Below, piece after piece: positions 53,750 to 63,837 of a stretch of DNA of 64,000 bases (within the stretch, counting starts at the first letter, position 1; every line of letters begins with the position of its first letter). Both the position numbers and the translations under genes were made by a program. The notes below the pieces were generated by a model. The model did not search any database. It saw only the letters and a list, made by a program, of their open reading frames with translations, and was not told the origin of the DNA. Origin of the DNA: Erysipelotrichaceae bacterium (lineage in GTDB: Bacteria; Bacillota_I; Bacilli_A; Erysipelotrichales; Erysipelotrichaceae); contig JAHHRC010000001.1 of the NCBI GenBank assembly GCA_020026035.1, positions 11,610 to 75,609 of the forward strand, in the 5' to 3' direction.

Positions 53750-54964
53750 TTACATTAATCCGTACATCGTGAACATTGGTAAATAGATGGCTATTACAAT
53801 AAAACCTGCGAATATTGCAAGCAAGATTAAAAGCGTTGGCTCCAATCTTGTAATTGCTAGATTCATGTAATAATTTGCTTCATTGGAATAATACAAACCA
53901 ACCGTCTGTAAGGTATTTTCTAGCTCCCCTGTTTCTTCTCCTACTGCTACCATTTCCGCTAATGTACTAGGGAAACTCTTTGATTCACTTAACAAATCAC
54001 CAAGCTTATATCCTACTTCTACCTTTGATTGCATCATCCTAATTTCTTTTTGCATGATGTAGTTATCCATGACTTTTGAAGTCACTTCTAAAGCCTTTGG
54101 TAATGGCAATCCTGCTATTAACAACGTACTTAGCGTACTTGCAAAATCACTACAACCTGAACAAGAATTGATTTTCCCTAGAACAGGAATCGTCAATTTC
54201 TTCGCATGCCAATGCAATCTTCCCTTTTCGGTATGATGGTAGGCTTGTAATACGATTAAGAGTAGTAAGATACTAATCACCATCGTTGGCCAAGATCTTG
54301 CAAAGAAGTCTGAACTCTTAATTAAGAACACCGTAATACCAGGCAATTGCCCGTGTAAGTCACGGAATACATTCGTTAACGTTGGTACAACTTGTACCAT
54401 CACAATCATTAATACAATCACCGCAATGACTAATACAAAGATCGGATACGTTAATGCTTGTTTTAATTTCTCTTTGATCTTATAGGTCCGTTCATAATAG
54501 CTTTCTAATGTACGAAACGACTCTTCTAAATTCGAAGAAAGCTCACCAGCTCGAATCGTTTCCACAAAGGTCACAGGAATATTTGGACAATTCACTTCAA
54601 AGGAAGTCGCAATCCTATTTCCATCCGCAATATCCTTTGCGGTCTTTTCTAACATCTGTTTGATCTTCTTATCTTTTGTTTGATTCGCAACCATCAATAC
54701 ACAAGACTCAACATCCACACCAGCTCCTAGAATCGTCGCAAATTGCGAACACATTAAAGACAAGACTTTTGGTTTAAACCTAGTACCAATCTCCGTATCT
54801 AACCATCTCTTGGATGGAGAAATTGGTTGAATCTTTAAGACAATCGGACAACTACTTTTGATCTTATCCACTGCTGCATATTCATCCAGTGCTTCAATGA
54901 CCCCATTAACCTTAATGCCATCCTTACTTAAAGCACTATACTTAAATGTCTCCAACTGTCTCAC
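53750..54964 (-). CDS. pilC: Type IV pilus platform protein (T2SSF family)
   Basis: Two T2SSF repeats (AGELS, ALTYP, VGEETGELE, LEP...YLPMF). Confidence 0.95.
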   Translation of the reverse strand: MRQLETFKYSALSKDGIKVNGVIEALDEYAAVDKIKSSCPIVLKIQPISPSKRWLDTEIGTRFKPKVLSLMCSQFATILGAGVDVESCVLMVANQTKDKKIKQMLEKTAKDIADGNRIATSFEVNCPNIPVTFVETIRAGELSSNLEESFRTLESYYERTYKIKEKLKQALTYPIFVLVIAVIVLMIVMVQVVPTLTNVFRDLHGQLPGITVFLIKSSDFFARSWPTMVISILLLLIVLQAYHHTEKGRLHWHAKKLTIPVLGKINSCSGCSDFASTLSTLLIAGLPLPKALEVTSKVMDNYIMQKEIRMMQSKVEVGYKLGDLLSESKSFPSTLAEMVAVGEETGELENTLQTVGLYYSNEANYYMNLAITRLEPTLLILLAIFAGFIVIAIYLPMFTMYGLM

Positions 54965-56049
54965 CTCTTTCCATAACTCGAGAATGGAATATCTCGATAC
55001 TTCAATTCATTCTTTTCTTCATCACTATAATGTTTGACATACTTCGCAGCCGTCACACTACTAATAAGCCCCTTTTCAAGTAACTCTTGAATACTTTGAT
55101 CAAACGGAATACAACCCCAAGACTTCCCTGTCATAACGGACGATTCAATCTGTGGAGCCTTTCCTTCACGGATTTGATTTTGAATGGCTTGATTCACAAC
55201 CATCACATCCACCGCTAACACTCTTCCATTTCCATTTGCCTTTGGAAGAAGCTTTTGTGACACAACCGCATTCAACGTTTGTGCTAATTGACTACGAATC
55301 ATCACTTGTCTTCCTGCATCAAAGCTAGACACAATACGATTCATCGTCTCGGATGCCCCATTTGTATGTAGTGTCGCAAATACCAAATGCCCAGTCTCTG
55401 CAGCTGTTAAGGCTGTCTCAATTGTTTCTAAATCACGCATTTCACCAATCAAAATAATATCTGGGTCTTCTCTTAAACAAGCCCGAATCCCATCCGCATA
55501 GGAATTTGTATCTATACCTATTTCACGTTGTGAAATCATACAACGATCAGATTCATACATATACTCAATTGGATCTTCTAACGTAATAATATGTGCATTA
55601 CGTGTATGGTTAATATGATCTAATAACGAAGCTAAGGTCGTTGACTTACCAGAACCCGTTTCTCCTGTCACAAGTACTAAACCTTTCGAATACTCGGTAA
55701 ATGACTTTACAACATCCGGTAACCCTAACGCATCCATACTCGGAATGACATCCTGGAAGATACGAATCGCTAAAGCAAAGGTTCCTTTTTGTCGATACAC
55801 ATTCAAACGCAACCGATGCTTACAAACCGTTAAAGCAAAATCCTTTTCCTTGATCTCTTGCATCTGTGTATCACTTACCTCTAGTAAGTCCTTCACAAAC
55901 ACATACACATCTTCTTCACTTACAACATCATAGGAAAGCGGAATTAACTCCCCTTGAATCCGATACCGAATCGGCATGTTTGACACAATATGCACATCAC
56001 TTGCTAGATGCTTACAAGCAACTTGAATGATTTCTTCAATACTAAGCAT
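54961..56049 (-). CDS. pilT: Retraction ATPase PilT
   Basis: ASDVHI, GETGSGKSTT, EDPIE, LREDPD, GHLVFATLH, AIQNQIRE (AIRNLIRE-like). Confidence 0.95.
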   Translation of the reverse strand: MLSIEEIIQVACKHLASDVHIVSNMPIRYRIQGELIPLSYDVVSEEDVYVFVKDLLEVSDTQMQEIKEKDFALTVCKHRLRLNVYRQKGTFALAIRIFQDVIPSMDALGLPDVVKSFTEYSKGLVLVTGETGSGKSTTLASLLDHINHTRNAHIITLEDPIEYMYESDRCMISQREIGIDTNSYADGIRACLREDPDIILIGEMRDLETIETALTAAETGHLVFATLHTNGASETMNRIVSSFDAGRQVMIRSQLAQTLNAVVSQKLLPKANGNGRVLAVDVMVVNQAIQNQIREGKAPQIESSVMTGKSWGCIPFDQSIQELLEKGLISSVTAAKYVKHYSDEEKNELKYRDIPFSSYGKR

Positions 56050-56052
56050 ACC

Positions 56053-57741
56053 TTACTCCACAATTACAACTTCACGAACCAACTCTTCGACTGTTGTAAC
56101 TCCTTGTAACACAAGCCTTCTACCGTTCTCTATCATCGGTGTAAACGACTTCATATCAATTTGATTACGAAGCTCCATCGTATCAACACCCTTCATAATC
56201 AACTTCCGCATCTTTTGATCAACCATTAAGATTTCAAAGATCCCAATACGTCCTCTAAAGCCCGTATCAAAACACATATGACAACCCTTGCCACGATAGA
56301 AGGAATGTGCCTGTATGTTTCTTAAGCCAGCTAAGTCTAAATGATCCATCGATGGTTGATATGTCGTTCTACAGTTTGGACATACTTTACGTACCAAACG
56401 CTGGGAAATAATTCCTCTTACAGATCCTGCAATTAAGTATGGTTCCACGCCTAAATCAATCAAACGGTCAATGGCCGTAAAGGCATCTTCGGTATGAATG
56501 GTAGATAACACTAAGTGACCCGTCATCGCAGCACGCATTGCAATCTCGGCTGTTTCTCCATCACGAATTTCCCCTACACAAATAATGTCTGGGTCTTGTC
56601 GTAAACAAGCACGAAGCGCACTCGCAAACGTCAATCCAACCTTTTCATGAATCGCAACCTGGGTAACACCTTCCATTTGGAATTCCACAGGATCTTCTAA
56701 AGAAATCATATTTAAACTAGGATCTTTTAATTCATTGATCATTGTATATAAAGTCGAAGTCTTACCACTACCAGTAGGCCCAACAATCAAAATCATTCCA
56801 CTCTTATATTTCAATAAACGATCATACTTCACATGATCTTCATCACTAATCCCAATCGACTTCCAATTCAAGACTTCACTATCACGATTCAAAATACGAA
56901 TAACAACTTTCTCACCAAAGATCGTAGGAAGTGTTGATAAACGTAAGTCAACCTTCTTCCCATTTTGTAACGATACTTCGGCTCTTCCATCCTGTGGAAT
57001 ACGACGTTCTGCTAAATTCATATTCCCCATGACTTTAAAACGGGAAATCACAGCTGCCTGTAATTCCTTTGGAATCGTTAGAATCTCATTCAAAATCCCA
57101 TCGACACGAAGACGAACCACAATCCGATTCTTTTCTGTTTCTACATGGATATCTGAAGCCCCTTCACTAATTCCACGTTCTAAAATGGAATTTACTAACT
57201 TCACCGTAGGAGCCGCATTGGCCTCATCGGAATCAAGAATCGACATTGCCTTTTCTTCAATCGTTCCAAGTCCCTTAGATTCCTTCATCTCTTCGATGGC
57301 CTTATGTGCACCTTCGTTTTCATATAACACATTCAATGCACGATCAATCGCTCTATGATACGCAATCAATGGCACAACACGCTTATTCGAGGCAATCTTC
57401 ACATCTTCAATGGCCACAAAGTTCATCGGGTCTTCCATCGCTAAATAAAGCGTTCCCTTATCTAACTTCACTGGCACAACACGATGTTGTTTCGCAAGAG
57501 ACTTTGGCACATATTGAATCAAAGATGGATCAATGGTTGCCTTGTTCAAGTCAATCATATCAATGCCTAATTGTAAGCGAAGAACCTGAATCAATTGTTC
57601 CTCCGTGATATAGCCATTGTTTACTAAGTACTGCCCTAAACGTTCTTTGGTTTGTTTCTGAAGGACGAGTGCTTGTTCTAATTGCGCTTCACTAATCACC
57701 TTCGCATCGACAAGCATTTCCCCTAATCGTTTGTATTTCAT
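56053..57741 (-). CDS. pilB: Extension ATPase PilB with N-terminal MshEN c-di-GMP-binding domain
   Basis: Tandem RLG motifs, ASDIH, PQDG, GPTGSGKT, LRQDPD, tetra-Cys motif; likely start at ATG 57741 (ORF track 57750). Confidence 0.95.
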   Translation of the reverse strand: MKYKRLGEMLVDAKVISEAQLEQALVLQKQTKERLGQYLVNNGYITEEQLIQVLRLQLGIDMIDLNKATIDPSLIQYVPKSLAKQHRVVPVKLDKGTLYLAMEDPMNFVAIEDVKIASNKRVVPLIAYHRAIDRALNVLYENEGAHKAIEEMKESKGLGTIEEKAMSILDSDEANAAPTVKLVNSILERGISEGASDIHVETEKNRIVVRLRVDGILNEILTIPKELQAAVISRFKVMGNMNLAERRIPQDGRAEVSLQNGKKVDLRLSTLPTIFGEKVVIRILNRDSEVLNWKSIGISDEDHVKYDRLLKYKSGMILIVGPTGSGKTSTLYTMINELKDPSLNMISLEDPVEFQMEGVTQVAIHEKVGLTFASALRACLRQDPDIICVGEIRDGETAEIAMRAAMTGHLVLSTIHTEDAFTAIDRLIDLGVEPYLIAGSVRGIISQRLVRKVCPNCRTTYQPSMDHLDLAGLRNIQAHSFYRGKGCHMCFDTGFRGRIGIFEILMVDQKMRKLIMKGVDTMELRNQIDMKSFTPMIENGRRLVLQGVTTVEELVREVVIVE

Positions 57742-57742
57742 A

Positions 57743-58225
57743 TTACTCACCCTCCTCGTTTACACAACGAACATTCATCGTGTTCTTATATATTTCTTCT
57801 TTGTTTCGATCAACAATCGCAATCGTTACTTGTACATACGGAACTTCTTCTTTCTTAAATTCCATCGTCTCAATCGTTCCATGAAGTCCATTACTCTTTG
57901 TTTTCTTTGACACAAGACTTTCTGACTTTGAACCCGTTGCTAGATTATGAATAAAAATACCCTCATCCGTATTCACATATTCCATTTCATATTTGCGTTC
58001 TTGGTTATAAAACTTCATCCCTTCGATACCGGTCGCAGTTTTTAAATCCTTCTTTACAACATTTGCAATCGTTGAATACAAGACCCTTGCCTCTGCTTGT
58101 TTGGTCATTTTGAAGTAAGAATCCTTCCCAACACGTAATGCACCACCTACACCCGTAAACACAACAAGCACAAGTAGTACCGTAATTAACATTTCCACAA
58201 AGGTAAATCCACTACTTCTTCTCAT
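57743..58225 (-). CDS. Minor pilin (PilW/J-like)
   Basis: SSG|FTFVEMLITVLL; start probably ATG 58225. Confidence 0.85.
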   Translation of the reverse strand: MRRSSGFTFVEMLITVLLVLVVFTGVGGALRVGKDSYFKMTKQAEARVLYSTIANVVKKDLKTATGIEGMKFYNQERKYEMEYVNTDEGIFIHNLATGSKSESLVSKKTKSNGLHGTIETMEFKKEEVPYVQVTIAIVDRNKEEIYKNTMNVRCVNEEGE

Positions 58226-58544
58226 ATACATACGTTCCAATCTTGTACTGCTCATTCCAAATATATTTCACATCTACGGATTGTTTCGGACTCGAAGGAG
58301 TGCCATCATTCACCCGAAATGCAAGTTTTCCATCTTGTTTCGTACCAGCAAACGCTTCTAGCTGATTACTCACCTCAACATATTCGTTGTAGGCATCTTC
58401 GGACTTTTTCATCATCTTCATCGAAGCTTGCACCATCGTTACAAACAATAAAAAACCAAACACTAAAACAAGCGAGGCAATCAATACTTCGGAAATCGAT
58501 TCCCCCTTTGTTTGTTTTAGTTTTTGCATTACTCTAGTTTCCAT
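58212..58544 (-). CDS. Minor pilin (PilV/I-like)
   Basis: TKG|ESISEVLIASLV, E5 present, short globular domain. Confidence 0.78.
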   Translation of the reverse strand: METRVMQKLKQTKGESISEVLIASLVLVFGFLLFVTMVQASMKMMKKSEDAYNEYVEVSNQLEAFAGTKQDGKLAFRVNDGTPSSPKQSVDVKYIWNEQYKIGTYVYEKK

Positions 58545-59193
58545 GTTGGTCACCTACTTCAATCATTGGATCGACAAAGCTTACGGTATATAACGGTGTA
58601 AACGACACTTCATCCGTTTCATTTTTTTGATAGGTACGATTCACTATCCCCGTCATATGACCAATCGCTCTAGCTTTTTCACTTTGTACAACAATTCGAA
58701 CTTCCACTGGCTCGAAACAATCTTCCTCTTGTTTTACTTGTTTACTCTTAAATGACATCTCGATATCCACATTCGAAGTACTGTTCGGTGCTTGTAAGGT
58801 AAAGGAATCCGTTTCTTCACTTCCTTTAAACTTGGCATCTAATACACTTTGTACAACATAGACTTGAAAGTAATTCGTATCGTTAATCTTATTAGCAGTT
58901 TTTAATTCATAATCACTTCCCGCAGAACGAGCTTGTGCATGTCCCTCATAACGAAAGCTAACATTGCATGTGTCTTCTTGTAGGTAGGTTGTTACAAACT
59001 TCATCGCATCCAATACTTCACGATTACTTTGGTCTTGTTTAATTAAAGCTTCAATCGAACCACTTGATGCGGACGCAAACGCTAAGATGATGGAACCAAT
59101 GGTCGCAAGAATCAAAAATACAAAAAGTGCAATCATTAAGGTTGCGCCATTGTTTGATTTTAATTTTTGTTTGATTGCCTGTTTTATTTCCAT
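58534..59193 (-). CDS. Minor pilin (PilX/K-like, no E5)
   Basis: NNG|ATLMIALFVFLIL; -10 TATAAT at 59216-59221. Confidence 0.78.
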   Translation of the reverse strand: MEIKQAIKQKLKSNNGATLMIALFVFLILATIGSIILAFASASSGSIEALIKQDQSNREVLDAMKFVTTYLQEDTCNVSFRYEGHAQARSAGSDYELKTANKINDTNYFQVYVVQSVLDAKFKGSEETDSFTLQAPNSTSNVDIEMSFKSKQVKQEEDCFEPVEVRIVVQSEKARAIGHMTGIVNRTYQKNETDEVSFTPLYTVSFVDPMIEVGDQHGN

Positions 59194-59372
59194 TCACTAC
59201 CTACTTGCAATAAACATTATACAGAATTCATAGCGAATTAAAATGCTTTCCAGGGTGGAAAAAAAGGAAAAAAACATGAATTTTCGAGCATTTCTCTCTT
59301 GTTTAAATATTGCGTAAAATACACGAAAAAAGGATATAAATTGTAAGGTATACAATCTACATCCTAACCTTG

Positions 59373-61007
59373 TCACGCACGCTCTTCTAAGATCTCTGCG
59401 TACCATTGATCTTCGTCTAATTGATTCACACGTTGGTACAAATCCGCTACCGTTTCCGCTATCGGATTGTTCACATTTGGAAGTAAGATGACAGCCTTCA
59501 TCTTCTTATTCCCAAAGCTTTCTTCTTTTAACAATTCATGAATATGCATGACCTTGGACTTCGTTGTCGAATATGTCGCATATACAACAAAGGTATCTTC
59601 TTCAATCATAATTGGATTTAAGAAGAAGGTTCCAAGCATCAATTGTTCAATCTTCTCTTTCAAAACAAGATCCTTACTTAACTCATCCACCCGAATCATC
59701 GTAAAGGTAATCTTCTTATGCTTACTTAAATCCGTTTCTTCTAAGATAATACAACGATCTAAGAAGGCTTGTTTGTCTAAGATTTCTGTTTTCACTAAGG
59801 CACAACCTTCTTCTAAAACAGGCATATGAATCATTTCTTCCTGTTCTAAACAAGGATGATAGAAGAAGCCAATACAACGATTCTTACCAAGCGATTTCGC
59901 ATCATACAAATGTTCATCACTATGCGCTAACATCAATCGTAAATCATCCACGGAATGACATTCCCCATGCACAAACCCAAGACTTGCCGTTAACATTTCA
60001 TCAACACCATAAATCTTATTCAGCACTAAATCATTTTGAACCTTTAGAACACTCATCTCAAACACATCCAATGGTTCATCGGTAATAATCAAGAATTCAT
60101 CTCCCCCATAGCGATACACATTGTCTTTGTTGAAACGAGATAACAGAATATTTGCAAACTGCTTCAATGCTTGATCGCCGGTACTATGACCATACTCATC
60201 GTTTAACATCTTAAAGTCATCAATATCACAAAACATCACAGACAACTCTTTCCCAACATAGGACTCAAAGTCTTGTCGTAACCCTTCCCGGTTCAACGTA
60301 CCTGTTAAACCATCGTATCTTGTTTTCATCTGTAGGTTTGTATTATCGGTTTGTAAGTTTTTATTCAAGGCTTCAAATTGCAAATACGACCGAGCACTTG
60401 CTAAGGCATCAAAATAACGAAGTAAGGTAGAACCAAGTAAGAATAACCACGTATAACTCATCAAGGTTACATAGTAACTCGAGATTTCCCCAATGCTTGC
60501 ATCAAAGGTATAGATCAAAAGAAAACTTACAATGGAGGTACTAATCGACCACTTTGGCTCCACTATAAATACACAATAAATCCAATATAAGATCGGCATC
60601 AAAGCCACAAAGGCATAGGTCTCTTTAAAGAAGCCAATGGATAAAAGAATGGCATAGATGGCTAAGACAAAGTTAAACAAGCCAATCATGATATGCAAAA
60701 TATGACTATTGCGTTTTTCTTTGTCTTGTTTTGTATAGTGATTGAAATACAAATAGAATCCCGCTGTAAACATGATATAGACCAAGGAGATGACCTTATG
60801 CATATGCAACTGCTCTGGTGTTTTTTGTACATACACTACCTTTAACAAGGGAATGATCAAAATCTCGGCAAGTCCAGACCAAATACAAGACCCACAAGCA
60901 ATCTCTGCATTTTCAAAATTCAAAAGCTTATGGACTTCTTCATTCTCATTTTTAAACTTCAAAACTTCTTTCACTTCTTTTAGCCGCATCGTCTCTACCC
61001 AACCCAT
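59373..61007 (-). CDS. Membrane-bound diguanylate cyclase
   Basis: About 6 TMs, coiled coil, DGLTG.LNR, DIDDFK.LND.YGH..GD, intact GGDEF. Confidence 0.93.
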   Translation of the reverse strand: MGWVETMRLKEVKEVLKFKNENEEVHKLLNFENAEIACGSCIWSGLAEILIIPLLKVVYVQKTPEQLHMHKVISLVYIMFTAGFYLYFNHYTKQDKEKRNSHILHIMIGLFNFVLAIYAILLSIGFFKETYAFVALMPILYWIYCVFIVEPKWSISTSIVSFLLIYTFDASIGEISSYYVTLMSYTWLFLLGSTLLRYFDALASARSYLQFEALNKNLQTDNTNLQMKTRYDGLTGTLNREGLRQDFESYVGKELSVMFCDIDDFKMLNDEYGHSTGDQALKQFANILLSRFNKDNVYRYGGDEFLIITDEPLDVFEMSVLKVQNDLVLNKIYGVDEMLTASLGFVHGECHSVDDLRLMLAHSDEHLYDAKSLGKNRCIGFFYHPCLEQEEMIHMPVLEEGCALVKTEILDKQAFLDRCIILEETDLSKHKKITFTMIRVDELSKDLVLKEKIEQLMLGTFFLNPIMIEEDTFVVYATYSTTKSKVMHIHELLKEESFGNKKMKAVILLPNVNNPIAETVADLYQRVNQLDEDQWYAEILEERA

Positions 61008-61218
61008 ATTCCTCCAACTATGAGTCTTCCTTTCTACCTACAAAAAGAAAAGAAACCATCCAACTACCCTTCACATCTGTACTAATTTTTTCAAAATGTC
61101 ATATCGCATTTTTTCCAAATCTAATTACAAGTATCAAAGGTACCAATAAACAGGTATACGATTACAGTTGAATTAATTTCTCTTCCACAAATGTATTACT
61201 ATTTAATTTAACGTTCTA

Positions 61219-61269
61219 TGCAAACGCTATCATATGTATATTATACACATTTTTAAACGCCTTTTTCAA
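61219..61269 (-). promoter_or_regulatory. Putative promoter of the DGC gene with adjacent cre/LacI-type operator
   Basis: TTGAAA-18-TATAAT (61269-61240), then TGATAGCGTTTGCA (61232-61219). Confidence 0.5.
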
Positions 61270-61326
61270 CCGCCAAGAATCACAAAACAGGAATCTACAC
61301 AAAACTGCGTTCCAAAAACGCAATAA

Positions 61327-61356
61327 ATCCCCACACTTCAAATGAAGTATGAGGAT
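61327..61356 (-). terminator. rpsB-tsf terminator
   Basis: ATCCTCATACTTCA-TT-TGAAGTGTGGGGAT-TTATT, with G-U pairs valid on the minus strand. Confidence 0.7.
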
Positions 61357-61382
61357 CTATGTTGCAATCTAATTTCGAAAGA

Positions 61383-62270
61383 TTACTTAGCCATTGCAGC
61401 TACTTCAGCCGCAAAGTCGTCAACTTTCTTTTCGATTCCTTCGCCTACTACGTACTTAACGAACTTAACTACTTCAGCGTGGTTTTCCTTCAACCAAGCA
61501 CCAACTTTTACGTTTTGGTCTAGGAAGAAGATTTGGTCTACAAGACACATGTCTTGAAGAGCCTTAGAGATACGTCCTTCAACGATTCCCTTCTTAACGT
61601 GTTCAGGCTTGTTTGCAAGACCTTCATCGTTAGCTAGCAATGCTTCTTGTACAGAACGTTCTTTTTCAACAACGTCTTGTGGCATTTCGTTACGTGATAC
61701 GTAAGTTGGATTCATAGAAGCAACTTGCATAGCCATGTTCTTAGCTACTTGAGCATCTTCTGTTCCCTTAACAACTACTACAGCAGAGATTAGTCCACCG
61801 TTGTGTAGGTAAGAACCGAAGATTTCATCATCAGCCTTTTCTACAATAGCGAAACGACGAAGCTTGATGTTTTCACCAATTGTAGCAACTGCGTTAACGA
61901 ATACATCGTTTAGTGTGGAACCATTTACATCTAATGCAAGAGCTTCTTCAACTGTAGTTGCATTGGAATCAATGATTGTGTTTGCAGTTGTGTCTAATAG
62001 TTCAAGGAACATTTCGTTCTTAGCAACGAAGTCTGTTTCGGAGTTAACTTCGATTACAACAGCCTTGTTTCCTTTTACTACGATCTTTGAAAGTCCGTCT
62101 GCAGCAGTACGTCCTTCCTTCTTAGCAGCCTTAGCAATACCCTTCTTACGAAGCCAGTCTGTAGCTGCTTTCATGTCACCGTCGCATTCAACTAGGGCCT
62201 TTTTACAGTCCATCATTCCTGCGCCAGTAAGTTCACGGAGTTCTTTAACTTGTTTAGCAGTGATTGCCAT
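61383..62270 (-). CDS. tsf: Elongation factor Ts
   Basis: LRELTGAGMMDCKKAL and EVNSETDFVAKN motifs. Confidence 0.99.
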   Translation of the reverse strand: MAITAKQVKELRELTGAGMMDCKKALVECDGDMKAATDWLRKKGIAKAAKKEGRTAADGLSKIVVKGNKAVVIEVNSETDFVAKNEMFLELLDTTANTIIDSNATTVEEALALDVNGSTLNDVFVNAVATIGENIKLRRFAIVEKADDEIFGSYLHNGGLISAVVVVKGTEDAQVAKNMAMQVASMNPTYVSRNEMPQDVVEKERSVQEALLANDEGLANKPEHVKKGIVEGRISKALQDMCLVDQIFFLDQNVKVGAWLKENHAEVVKFVKYVVGEGIEKKVDDFAAEVAAMAK

Positions 62271-62272
62271 AA

Positions 62273-63193
62273 TTACTTAGCCTCCTTCTTTGACTCTTCT
62301 TTCTTTGCGTTACCGTTAGCGTTGTTACCACGGAATACACGACGTTCACCATTCTTGTTGAAACGGTTGTTTCTTTGTTGGTTACGGCGTTGTTCCCAAC
62401 GTTCTCTTCTTCTCTTTTCGAATTCAGCAGCTTGTTGTTCTACGTTGATGATAACATCTTCCATTGTGATGTCTTCAACAGTAGCATCTTCTTGGTGAGC
62501 ATATTCTAGAACGCCACCCTTAGCTTCAACGATTGCGTCTGCAATAGCGCCAAGCATTAGAGTGATAGAACGAACTGCATCATCATTTGCTGGAATTGGG
62601 TAATCAACAGTGCTTGGATCAGCATTTGTGTCGATTAGAGCGAATACAGGGATACCTAGCTTCTTAGCTTCAGCAACTGCATTGTGTTCTTCAAGTGGAT
62701 CTACTACGAATAGAGCATCAGGAAGTTTCTTCATTTCCTTGATACCGCCTAAGAAGTTTTCAAGCTTGTCTTTCTTCTTAAGCATTAGTGTTTGTTCCTT
62801 CTTCTTGTAAACAGAAAGTGTTCCGTTTGCTTCCATTTCTTCAATGTCAACAAGTTTCTTGATTGACTTTTGGATTGTACGGAAGTTTGTTAGAGTTCCA
62901 CCTAACCATCTTTGGTTTACATAGAAGCTACCAGAACGTAGAGCTTCTGCAAGTACAGGAGCCTGTGCTTGTTTCTTAGTTCCTACGAATAGAACTTTTC
63001 CACCTTCTTCAGTGATCTTCTTAAGAGCTTCGTAAGCAACGTCTAATTGCTTTTGTGTCTTTTCTAGATCGATGATGTATACACCATTCTTAGAAGTGTA
63101 GATGTAAGGACGGAACTTTGGATTCCACTTACGTGTTTGATGTCCGAAATGAACACCGTTTTCGAGCATTTTTCTCATTGAAACAACAGTCAT
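62273..63193 (-). CDS. rpsB: 30S ribosomal protein S2
   Basis: [20 protein letters not shown] and PANDDA motifs; start at ATG 63193. Confidence 0.99.
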   Translation of the reverse strand: MTVVSMRKMLENGVHFGHQTRKWNPKFRPYIYTSKNGVYIIDLEKTQKQLDVAYEALKKITEEGGKVLFVGTKKQAQAPVLAEALRSGSFYVNQRWLGGTLTNFRTIQKSIKKLVDIEEMEANGTLSVYKKKEQTLMLKKKDKLENFLGGIKEMKKLPDALFVVDPLEEHNAVAEAKKLGIPVFALIDTNADPSTVDYPIPANDDAVRSITLMLGAIADAIVEAKGGVLEYAHQEDATVEDITMEDVIINVEQQAAEFEKRRRERWEQRRNQQRNNRFNKNGERRVFRGNNANGNAKKEESKKEAK

Positions 63194-63221
63194 AATTTTT
63201 TTATTCCTCGCTTTCCGTTGT

Positions 63222-63312
63222 TTTCCTCCACAGCTTCGAACTCCATCAACACCTAGCATGTATAAATAATACCTAGATGCACGGGACAGAGAATCCACTG
63301 TGTGTGTATTAC
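63222..63312 (-). promoter_or_regulatory. rpsB 5' leader (S2 autoregulatory, t44-like RNA)
   Basis: Long UTR ACACACACAG...CTGTGGAGG with inner GCATCTAG/CTAGGTGT stem; promoter TTGCAA-16-TACAAT at 63376-63349. Confidence 0.65.
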
Positions 63313-63399
63313 ACCTTCCTACCAAAAAGGCAGAAGATGCCGTGAATTATTGTAGCATATTCCAAACACATTGCAAGATAATTCTTTATTAAAGCCACT

Positions 63400-63780
63400 T
63401 CACCACAATTCATCCTTGCAAACAAGTATCCGCAAGTGATAATACAGCGCATAGTTACAACCATCTTCTAAATCCTTTGCAAACTGTTTTAACTCTTGAT
63501 ACAACATCGCATCATTTCGATCATCATAAAACGAACACGTAATCGTATACAACGCTTTTGTATTTTGCAAAGCTTTAGCAAATTCCATCAATTCTTTAAT
63601 CGTATCGCCTTCAATGTATGTATTGCGATCAATCTTCTTTAAAACATCTGCCTTAGATCCAAACAAAGACGAAAACTTACAAACCTTCTTAAATAGTGAA
63701 TAGCGAATCCTTGTAAACTGCGTCAATTCCACATCCCCATCCGAACATTTCTTCGCAAGCATAAACTGCATACCAATCAC
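63400..63780 (-). CDS. Hypothetical protein
   Basis: 126-aa ORF filling the gap; SD-like GAGGTG and TATACT upstream. Confidence 0.6.
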   Translation of the reverse strand: MIGMQFMLAKKCSDGDVELTQFTRIRYSLFKKVCKFSSLFGSKADVLKKIDRNTYIEGDTIKELMEFAKALQNTKALYTITCSFYDDRNDAMLYQELKQFAKDLEDGCNYALYYHLRILVCKDELW

Positions 63781-63809
63781 CTCTTATACAAGTATAGCGA
63801 ATTTCCAAA

Positions 63810-63837
63810 AAGAAAAGAACGCTTAGCGTTCTCTTCT
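63810..63837. terminator. Terminator after the flavoprotein gene
   Basis: AGAAAAGAACGC-TTA-GCGTTCTCTTCT. Confidence 0.65.
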
